This document shows, piece after piece, positions 1 to 7,976 of a stretch of 64,000 nucleotides of DNA (the stretch's first letter is position 1; each line of letters starts with the position of its first letter). The notes under the pieces are model-generated. The model did no database searches, was not told the origin of the DNA, and was given only the letters and a program-made list of their open reading frames with translations. The DNA comes from Arenicellales bacterium (GTDB lineage Bacteria; Pseudomonadota; Gammaproteobacteria; Arenicellales; JAJDZL01), in contig CBDAUA010000007.1 of assembly GCA_965200425.1 (NCBI GenBank), forward strand, positions 102,749 through 166,748, in the 5' to 3' direction. The translations under genes were made by a program, and so were the position numbers.

Positions 1-673
1 AACGCATTTCCATGAACTTGTGAAAACTCAAAGCTAGAGTTTCGGGGTGTTCTTTCTCGACTACCTCGGTTTCCCCAAAATAACTCGCAATCTTATGATC
101 GTATTGCGATGTCCTTGCATAGGTCTTCGCTGCCAACTTCGCTCGAGTTTCATATCGAATACCTCCAAAGCCTTGTAATTCATCTACGATGATTGGATAG
201 TCATCTGGACTGGTTACAACTATGACCCATTTATAATTTTTTGCGGCCGCTCGAATCATTGCCGGCCCACCAATGTCGATGTTCTCAATGACAAGCTGAT
301 GCGAAGAACTCATATCTGAGACAACTTTCTCGAACGGATATAAGTTAACTACTACTAGGTCGATAGGGCTAATTTTGTTTTTATTCATCTCCTCTTTATC
401 GAGGTCCCGCCGCGCAAGAATTCCACCGTGAATTTTTGGATGAAGAGTCTTCAAACGTCCATCCATCATTTCCGGAAATTCGGTATAGTCTGAGACTTGT
501 ACACTAGTGACGCCACCATCGGCTAATAGCTGCGCGGTACCACCTGTAGATAGAATTTCTACCCCAAAAGATGACAGTAAAGTTGCCAACTCGACAACAC
601 CTGTTTTGTCAGAAACACTTAGCAGTGCCCGCTTAGGTTGAATGATGAGTTCAGTAGTTTCAGATTTGTTCAT
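1..673 (-). CDS. purH: Bifunctional AICAR transformylase / IMP cyclohydrolase, N-terminal part (gene continues beyond the window start)
   Basis: Not in the ORF track because it runs off the window edge. My reverse-complement translation from the ATG at 673 gives MNKSETTELIIQPKRALLSVSDKTGVVELA..GGTA..MDGRLKTLHPKIHGGILARR..NIDIGGPAMIRAAAKNY, the MGS-like IMP cyclohydrolase domain signature of PurH. Confidence 0.9.
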   Translation of the reverse strand, partial: MNKSETTELIIQPKRALLSVSDKTGVVELATLLSSFGVEILSTGGTAQLLADGGVTSVQVSDYTEFPEMMDGRLKTLHPKIHGGILARRDLDKEEMNKNKISPIDLVVVNLYPFEKVVSDMSSSHQLVIENIDIGGPAMIRAAAKNYKWVIVVTSPDDYPIIVDELQGFGGIRYETRAKLAAKTYARTSQYDHKIASYFGETEVVEKEHPETLALSFHKFMEMR

Positions 674-825
674 GAACTATTGCGGTGTAAGTAGCCGTAA
701 TTGCACACATTTACAGCCGTTTAAAATGCTTATGGAGCTTACAAAATTTTAGGCTGAACGATTAAGTCTTCGTCGACGCGCAAATTACAGCAATTTATGC
801 CTAAAGTCTTGGACATTATCGATGA

Positions 826-1509
826 CTATCGTGGGAGAGTTAGGCGTGAGAACCGAACAGAAATAATTTCATCTTCGATGTTGCTAGCAAATCCTTTTTG
901 AAACAAAACTAGATTTTGACTCTCATCTGGCCCTTTAGGCATTATCAATAATCCACCCGGTTTTAGTTGCTCAATTAAAGCTGATGGTATTTCGTCAGCT
1001 GAGGCCGCAACGATAATCTTGTCAAATGGTGCATAGTCGTACCAACCATGCACTCCATTGCCATGTTTTACTTGCACATTGTGATAATAAAGATCACTCA
1101 GAATTTGCTCTGCCTGGAACACTAATTCTTCAATAATATCAATTGTATAGACTTTCGCGGCAAGTCGGCTCAAAACAGCAGCTTGATACCCCAGTCCGGT
1201 ACCAACTTCTAGCACTCGATCAGTCGATTCGATCTCCAGCAAATCACACATCAGGGCGACGATGAACGGTTGAGAAATCGTCTTATCGTAGCCGATGGGT
1301 AAAGGACGATCACTATAGGCATAAAACTTCAGAACTTCCGGCACGAACAAATGCCGAGGAACTTTACACATCGCATTGAGCACCTCATCACTCATCAATG
1401 GATGCCCTGTTGCATCCGCCGAGGCTGCCGCATGTAAAGCGATTGTGACTAGCATTTCATTGCGTAGTTCGTCGAAATCTTGTTCTGTAGGGATATTCAT
1501 ATCAACCAC
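826..1509 (-). CDS. pcm: Protein-L-isoaspartate O-methyltransferase
   Basis: Contains TISQPFIVALM and the SAM-binding motif VLEVGTGLGYQAAVLS. Length of 227 aa is typical of Pcm. Confidence 0.85.
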   Translation of the reverse strand: MVDMNIPTEQDFDELRNEMLVTIALHAAASADATGHPLMSDEVLNAMCKVPRHLFVPEVLKFYAYSDRPLPIGYDKTISQPFIVALMCDLLEIESTDRVLEVGTGLGYQAAVLSRLAAKVYTIDIIEELVFQAEQILSDLYYHNVQVKHGNGVHGWYDYAPFDKIIVAASADEIPSALIEQLKPGGLLIMPKGPDESQNLVLFQKGFASNIEDEIISVRFSRLTLPR

Positions 1510-1526
1510 TCCGCAAAGGAGCGAAC

Positions 1527-3197
1527 TTAGATTACTGCAGGTATTCCTAGTTTATCAAACTCGTTTTCATGGAAATTGTGTCTGAACATATCTCTGAGAG
1601 ATCGGGTCACTTGATCGTACCTATCCTTATCACGCCAGACTCCTCTTGGATCCAGGATTGACGAATCTACATTTCGACATGTAGTAGGAAATCGTACATT
1701 CAAAATTGGGTGAGTCTTGTAGGTTATATCACCGTTGCTATGGTCGAAATCACCACGAATCGCTGCATTGAGCAAAGCTCGCGTATCGCCAATCGAAATA
1801 CGAGGTGCATCTGTCGCAGGGCCACCTAGCCACCCAGTATTGAGCAAAACACAGCGAGTTTTATGAGACTTAATTTTCTCTTTGAGTAGTTTGGCATATA
1901 CCATTGGTTTATGCGCCATAAATGGTGCACCAAAACAAGAACTAAACGTGGCCTCTGGATCACTTATCCCCATTTCAGTTCCAGCGACTCGAGCGGTAAA
2001 TCCTTGAAGAAAATGATAAATTGCTTCATCTTCGTCTAAGATTGAAATAGGTGGAAAAACCCCAAATGCATCTGCAGTCAACATCACGATCGTAGTCGGA
2101 TGCGAGCCTCGAGCACCTTCTGCCACATCTGGATTCAACGACAGTGGATATGAAATTCTAGTATTTTCAGTAATTGAATTATCAAACAAATCCAATTCTT
2201 GTGGATTCGTTTCTGCATAGCGTTTGCAGGGTAGTGTCGGTACGTTTTCAATCAACGAGTCTCTCATGGACAGAGCATTAGCAATGACAGGCTCCAATTC
2301 TTTGTCTAAATTGATCAATTTTGCATAACAGCCATTTTCAATATTGGACAACCCGGCATCGCTCCAACTGATTTCATCATCACCGATCAGCTTCCGATCT
2401 GGATCAGCAGAAAGCGTCGTTTTCCCTGTACCGGACAATCCAAAGAGTACCGCTGATTGTCCATTCGAACTTACATTCGCCGATGCATGCATCGAAAGAA
2501 TTCCTTGATTCGGTAACAAGTAATTCATTGCTGTGAAGATTGACTTTTTGACAAGGCCACAGTAGTCAGCACGACCAATAACGAGGCAAATGCGATTGCG
2601 AAAATCAATGATTGCCGCTCGGTCTGAACGACTCCCATCCTGCTCCGGATCACAGCTAAATGTCTGTATGTTGAGCATAGTCCATGCCTTTGAATCGTCC
2701 CAGCTTTGAAAAGCGGCCGTTGGATAAATGAACATATTTTGAGCAAATATTGCATGGGTCGCGTACTGACAGATGATTCGATAGGGAATCGAGTATTCAC
2801 TGCTATGACCAACTTGTACATCCTGCACATACAAGCGACCTGGATTTTGGTTCAAGTGATTGACTACGCGTTTTAACAGACGTTCGTAATGCTTAGGGTC
2901 ATACTTCTGAAAACTGTCTTTCCACCATAGTTTAGATTCAATTTCTGGCCATGCCACGGCATAGGTATCATTGATCGGCCTTCCCGTACACTCCGGATCA
3001 GTGAGAAAGATAAGCGGGCCCTGATTTCCTAATTCCGTCGGATATGCCTTTTGGGCACAATACCTACCATTCATCGAAATGCGACCGCGGTCATGGCGAA
3101 TGGCGGCATCAAACAATTGAGGCCTTGAGAGGTTGTGGAAAATCTCCGATCCGGCTATACCAAAATCATTGAAAATAGTTGTTTGAATATCGCTCAT
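1527..3197 (-). CDS. pckA: Phosphoenolpyruvate carboxykinase (ATP)
   Basis: 556 aa with the kinase-1a P-loop GLSGTGKTTLS, IGDDE and the overall PckA pattern. Confidence 0.95.
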   Translation of the reverse strand: MSDIQTTIFNDFGIAGSEIFHNLSRPQLFDAAIRHDRGRISMNGRYCAQKAYPTELGNQGPLIFLTDPECTGRPINDTYAVAWPEIESKLWWKDSFQKYDPKHYERLLKRVVNHLNQNPGRLYVQDVQVGHSSEYSIPYRIICQYATHAIFAQNMFIYPTAAFQSWDDSKAWTMLNIQTFSCDPEQDGSRSDRAAIIDFRNRICLVIGRADYCGLVKKSIFTAMNYLLPNQGILSMHASANVSSNGQSAVLFGLSGTGKTTLSADPDRKLIGDDEISWSDAGLSNIENGCYAKLINLDKELEPVIANALSMRDSLIENVPTLPCKRYAETNPQELDLFDNSITENTRISYPLSLNPDVAEGARGSHPTTIVMLTADAFGVFPPISILDEDEAIYHFLQGFTARVAGTEMGISDPEATFSSCFGAPFMAHKPMVYAKLLKEKIKSHKTRCVLLNTGWLGGPATDAPRISIGDTRALLNAAIRGDFDHSNGDITYKTHPILNVRFPTTCRNVDSSILDPRGVWRDKDRYDQVTRSLRDMFRHNFHENEFDKLGIPAVI

Positions 3198-3262
3198 GTT
3201 CTGTCAATTCGAAAATTTAAAACCAATTTACGGAGAAAAATTCTGTCTATTGAATGCCCTTA

Positions 3263-3979
3263 CTACCGAAAACGTGCAGCATCTTGGCTTGCATAAGCTG
3301 CGACCATTCGATCGGAGGCACACACGAGAGTCAATGCTTCAATCAAATCCGAAATTTGATCATATGGAATTGTGCAAGTCATTTCATTATTGGTAAAACC
3401 AGTTCGAACTCGACTCAACATACAACCGACACTGAGCGCCGCCTGATTTTGTTCTAATGAAATCGGAATCACATGGCATTGTGGCTTTCCCTCAAAACGA
3501 ATGGATGGCAATGCTGAATGCAATTGCATGGCCTGTTTGGCATTGAGGCGAAGCAACACAAGGTTGGGCGTAATGGTAGACTCTGCCAAAGGCCCATAGA
3601 CAATGGCTGCAGGTTTGTTTTGAACTGTCGGAATGTGCGGAAAGATTTCAGGATTCACCCACTTGGCTTCACAAACCGCTTGCACATCAGCTTTGGTAGC
3701 AGCTTCCTCTAATGAAATTAAGCCATGAGTTAAACTACCAACACTACAATTTGCGTGATCCGATGGAACTGTCGCAAAAGTTTTATTGCTGGCCTCGCTC
3801 CAAAAGACACAACCTGCTGCGACTGCACCCGTTCGACCGTCTTCGGTTGGTTCGGGATAGGCACCATCGAAGTTTGAAATTCCGTCGGGAACTTGATCAC
3901 AAAACGTTATTGCAGTTGGTGAATGAGTCAGCCCCAGTAAACTCTGTATTTGTTCAGATTGCGCTTGAAAATCGCTCAT
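3263..3979 (-). CDS. DUF169-like hypothetical protein
   Basis: 238 aa. The N-terminal pattern LLGLTHSPTAITFCDQ resembles the DUF169 (COG2043) family. The assignment is from memory of the family pattern only. Confidence 0.5.
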   Translation of the reverse strand: MSDFQAQSEQIQSLLGLTHSPTAITFCDQVPDGISNFDGAYPEPTEDGRTGAVAAGCVFWSEASNKTFATVPSDHANCSVGSLTHGLISLEEAATKADVQAVCEAKWVNPEIFPHIPTVQNKPAAIVYGPLAESTITPNLVLLRLNAKQAMQLHSALPSIRFEGKPQCHVIPISLEQNQAALSVGCMLSRVRTGFTNNEMTCTIPYDQISDLIEALTLVCASDRMVAAYASQDAARFR

Positions 3980-4155
3980 TTGGATAACATTCCTTTCGTT
4001 ATTGATTTGGATACGATTGGCTTAACTGTTAACATCGACATGGTGAGCCAACCAAATGAATTTCAAATATAGTATACGTTGAATGTACAGTACTAAATCT
4101 TCCTTTAAGATAGTAGCCGCTATCAATCGATCGAGATTGAGTCTCTCTACAAAGC

Positions 4156-6417
4156 TTATTCCATCGAAAAAGGAAGTCGCGGTTGTTCATGTTTGATCGA
4201 CAGTACCGGTGCAATTTCCAACAGCGCTTTTTCTCCTCGTCGATGAATCTCGTATCGGACTTTAGGTAAAGTCTTGTCGTAGGATACAAATGGGATTTGG
4301 AAGCAGTCAGCAATCTCAGACAATGCGTGAGTATCATCCCGCACAAAATCGCACAGGAGCATCAGCGCCGCTCGTTTCAAATCAGATTCGGCTTTGTCTA
4401 AAGAACGCCTCGTCAATTTTTGAAATGTCAAGCTAGAATCCATCGCAATTAGGAAAAGAAAGTCGCCTACTTTCGTTTTGTGTGCCCTCGCTGCAACTCG
4501 AAGGGAGCCAATCAGCGCACCAACCAGCGAGTGAGTAGGCCGACTGATTTTTATTGGACCCAAATCCGTACTAATGAACTCGCTTTTACCGAATTCGCAA
4601 CCTAGATATGTCGCAAATGCATCAGGAAATGGACGGCCGCTCCCACGAAGTAAATTTCTGTCAACTAGAACTCGCCAAGCCCATCGCCCACGCTTTGTAA
4701 GAAAACAGTCGACTTCTTGCGTTAAATCTCGTTCTTCATTTGGGTGTGGGTCTTGTGCACGAAACTGAACGAATTGAGAACTATCAACCTCAAATCGGGG
4801 CGATTGCACATAGGCAATGACCGACTGTTCCCGCACACCAAACTTCGTTGAGATTTCTTGTACGATCTCGTTCAAATGAGCGCGTCCATTTTCTCGGTTC
4901 AAAATTGAATCTATCTTGTCTACGATGTTGGTGTACTGCTCATAGCCTGGTGAATTCGCCAAGACAAATTCACTTTTTCGATTAATCTTCCAAAACCTGG
5001 GATCCGTCATCAAACGCCGCTTGATGCTCTTAAGACTTCTGCCTTTGACGAGTTCAACAATTTCGTCGACAGTGTAAACCCGCGGGGTGTAGCGCATTAT
5101 TGAATGAGCTTTATCCATATAAGAACCCCTGAAGCGTAAAAATCCATTTTCAACCGCCAAAAATTCACCGATACGATCTAATACTTGTTTCTTGTGTTGT
5201 AGTCGAATACGATTTCGAATCAAGATATTGGAAATTGCTCGATTGGTAATCAAGCCATTGTTTCTTTGAGCGCCTTCTAGTTCTTTTGCCAACTTAGAAA
5301 ATAGGCGTTCTTCAATTACTAGCCAATTCTTTCGCTTCTTGTAGGGACCCGCAATCCAAAGTAACAAATCTTTAGCAAACTGAAATTTTGAGTCTTCTAA
5401 TCGTGAAAAATCCTTTAATAATGAATTAAATGTATCTTGTAGTGTAGTACCATTCAGCGGCACTGCTGTCCCCAATCTGTTTCTCAACTGTACTGCGATT
5501 TGTCCGAAAGGTGAATTCACGTCTCTCACAAATTTCTGAGTACTCTGTAGTGCCATCGTTTCAATTTGCCGAACTCTTTCTATTGAAAGATTGAGTCTAG
5601 TGCCCACAGATTCGAGTGTTTCTCGCTCGTTCGCTGTGATACTTCGCGCTTTTAAAGTCTCCAACCACCGATAGTCCATGTCATCTATAAATTTAGATAG
5701 CATGCCTGGAGGCGTATATTGCTCAAGCTCACTACCCGCCACCAAAGTAGTATCCAACTTCCGAAGTGTGCCCCACAGCTGTTTTAGTTCGAGTGGCCAT
5801 GCTGCCGATGCAGGGGGTAAAACACGAGCCAGCGTTGCGAATCGATTTTTGCCAAAGCCCCAGGCTGCCAAACAACGAATGACATGCTCTATTTCTGCAA
5901 AAGCTATCTCGTAGGTAGGAGTATCATCAGGAGTATCGATGATTGGATTGACTGTATTGAAAATCTCCTCAAGCTGCACGTTACTCGCTTGTTCTAACAA
6001 GCATGCTACTTCGAGACCAGAACGCAAACCGCAACCTGGAATATCCAAAATGCTTGAAAAGCGTATGATGTTCGTACTGAACAGATCTTGATGATCCCGA
6101 AAAATTTTCGATGTTCTTTGGGGTAAGGGCAGCTTTACCAACCACTCAGCAATCGACGGGTGCGAAGGCAATGCAACATGCATCAAATGATTTTGGTGCT
6201 TTTTTATGATCGCAACGATCTGAGATAGAACATTAGGACCAACAGAGTTTGTGAACTGCCAGATTTCTTGATGGAGAATAGAGAGATGGAATTGAAAGCC
6301 GAACTCAGTACTGAGCTCTGGTACTTCAATATTGCCGATTACGCGAACAAACTCTTTTGGAACAAGTGGTGTAGGGGCTAGTCCCCAAGCACTAATTCGA
6401 TCCTCGTACTTGCTCAT
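4156..6417 (-). CDS. Hypothetical 753-aa DNA-binding protein with a sigma-70 region-4-like HTH and an RpoA-CTD-like helix-hairpin-helix motif
   Basis: Long uninterrupted ORF. Residues 262-292 (ANERETLESVGTRLNLSIERVRQIETMALQS) match the sigma-70 region 4.2 signature (TLEEIG..GVTRERVRQIE.KAL). Residues 121-143 (SSILDIPGCGLRSGLEVACLLEQ) resemble an RpoA-CTD-type HhH. I recognised no catalytic motif. Confidence 0.6.
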   Translation of the reverse strand: MSKYEDRISAWGLAPTPLVPKEFVRVIGNIEVPELSTEFGFQFHLSILHQEIWQFTNSVGPNVLSQIVAIIKKHQNHLMHVALPSHPSIAEWLVKLPLPQRTSKIFRDHQDLFSTNIIRFSSILDIPGCGLRSGLEVACLLEQASNVQLEEIFNTVNPIIDTPDDTPTYEIAFAEIEHVIRCLAAWGFGKNRFATLARVLPPASAAWPLELKQLWGTLRKLDTTLVAGSELEQYTPPGMLSKFIDDMDYRWLETLKARSITANERETLESVGTRLNLSIERVRQIETMALQSTQKFVRDVNSPFGQIAVQLRNRLGTAVPLNGTTLQDTFNSLLKDFSRLEDSKFQFAKDLLLWIAGPYKKRKNWLVIEERLFSKLAKELEGAQRNNGLITNRAISNILIRNRIRLQHKKQVLDRIGEFLAVENGFLRFRGSYMDKAHSIMRYTPRVYTVDEIVELVKGRSLKSIKRRLMTDPRFWKINRKSEFVLANSPGYEQYTNIVDKIDSILNRENGRAHLNEIVQEISTKFGVREQSVIAYVQSPRFEVDSSQFVQFRAQDPHPNEERDLTQEVDCFLTKRGRWAWRVLVDRNLLRGSGRPFPDAFATYLGCEFGKSEFISTDLGPIKISRPTHSLVGALIGSLRVAARAHKTKVGDFLFLIAMDSSLTFQKLTRRSLDKAESDLKRAALMLLCDFVRDDTHALSEIADCFQIPFVSYDKTLPKVRYEIHRRGEKALLEIAPVLSIKHEQPRLPFSME

Positions 6418-6725
6418 CCGATCGTATATGAATACGGCTACGTCAAATATTTTCGAAAATATGATCGGTTATAGAGGGATGTTAAAGCAACCTCATTTTC
6501 AAATTAATAGATTTATGATGGATGCATATAACTACACAATAGACACATTTTCGAAGAACTTAACATCTTTTAGATATTCTAAGACTTTATATTTCTGATA
6601 GACTTAGCAATATCGGCAATTAGGGGAAATATTGAGAAACTTGCATGAAGGTTTAAACTGAATTCAGTGGTTTCGCTGACAGATGGCGATTGAATTGAAA
6701 ATTTGAACTCGAACCAATGGCTTGG

Positions 6726-7736
6726 CTATATGCTTTGAGCCTTTACGTACATTCCATCTTGTTGCACAACATGATCCAACAGCTGAATCAAGGCATAGAC
6801 TGATTTGATGTAATCCACATTGGTTCCTGTTAGTTCAGCTAACTCGACGACAGCACCAATCAATCCATCGAGCTCGAGTGCCTTTCCGACCTCGATATCT
6901 TGAAGCATCGAGGTTTTATGCTTACCGACGCCTTCCGCTCCTTTAATTCTGCGTTCGTTGGATAAACGGATTTCTATCCCTAAGCGCGATGCAACTTCAC
7001 GACATTCAGACATCATCTTAGCAATCAAATCTCTAGATGGCTGGAACTGACAGATATCTACCAAAGTCGCATGAGTCAATGCGCTCACAGGATTGAAGGT
7101 CATATTGCCCAGCACCTTTAACCAAGTTTCACCTCGTATACTATCCAGTACAAACGATTTGAAGCCGGATTGTTTCATCAAATCTACCAACATCCGCGTT
7201 CGTTCTCTCTCCACTCCATCCAACTCACCAATTGGCATTCGAATTCCTTCTATATGTCGAATGACACCAGGTTCAGAAATCTCCGCAGCTGGATAGGATA
7301 TAGAACCTACAATTTTCCTTGGATCAATTGCATTGGCAATTGTGCCGCCTGGGTCGACTGATTCGATGACGCGATTATCAAATTCCCCACCATGTAACTG
7401 AAAATACCACCACAATATCCCGTTCTGAATTGTGAGCAAAATGGAGTCATCACCCATTAGCGTATTGATGTCATCGACGATTGGAGCAATCTGATGCGCT
7501 TTTACACCCAAGATGACCAAATCTTGCTCACCAACGGAACGAATATCACTAGTGGCTTTGACACCTTCAGCAAACTCCTCAGTACCGTCACTCATGATCA
7601 ATTTGAGACCATTGTTTGCTTGAATCGCAGCCAAATGAGGGCCTCGTGCAATTAAGGTGACATCCTCACCTGCGTTGTGAAATTTGACGCCCAACATTCC
7701 GCCAATAGAACCGGCTCCAACCACACAAATTTTCAT
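6726..7736 (-). CDS. 2-dehydropantoate 2-reductase family oxidoreductase (PanE/ApbA-like)
   Basis: Rossmann N-terminus MKICVVGAGSIGGMLG. I moved the start to the ATG at 7736, which sits a few nt downstream of a GGAGAA Shine-Dalgarno. The ORF track extends upstream to 7778. Confidence 0.8.
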   Translation of the reverse strand: MKICVVGAGSIGGMLGVKFHNAGEDVTLIARGPHLAAIQANNGLKLIMSDGTEEFAEGVKATSDIRSVGEQDLVILGVKAHQIAPIVDDINTLMGDDSILLTIQNGILWWYFQLHGGEFDNRVIESVDPGGTIANAIDPRKIVGSISYPAAEISEPGVIRHIEGIRMPIGELDGVERERTRMLVDLMKQSGFKSFVLDSIRGETWLKVLGNMTFNPVSALTHATLVDICQFQPSRDLIAKMMSECREVASRLGIEIRLSNERRIKGAEGVGKHKTSMLQDIEVGKALELDGLIGAVVELAELTGTNVDYIKSVYALIQLLDHVVQQDGMYVKAQSI

Positions 7737-7976
7737 ATTCTTCTCCAATTGCTTAATGTTTTGGTTTGATAGTCTCACTCAGGTAGGCGTTCAGTAAAGC
7801 GGCCACTTGTACTGATCTATTGACATTGTTGGGCTGCTTGGTTCTGATTTCTTCAAATCATCGCAGCCTTGGTAACTTGGCTTTTTGCTCAGATGATCAT
7901 TTACGCTACGGTTTGAACAGCATCGCTGTCCGTATAATAATACAGAATTAATTCAACTACCGATTTTCCTAAATTT

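Noticed and set aside
4582-4602. GCEFGKS in the 753-aa protein resembles a Walker A P-loop
   Set aside because: The spacing is GxxxGKS, one residue short of GxxxxGK[ST]. There is no downstream Walker B-like hhhhD/E, and the segment lies in a predicted beta-rich region. I do not consider it an NTPase motif.
6428-6598. 56-aa ORF (MNTATSNIFENMIGYRG...) in the AT-rich spacer upstream of the 753-aa gene
   Set aside because: It has no Shine-Dalgarno, its composition is dictated by AT-rich DNA (N/I/F/Y/K-rich), and it resembles no family. I treat it as non-coding unless ribosome profiling says otherwise.
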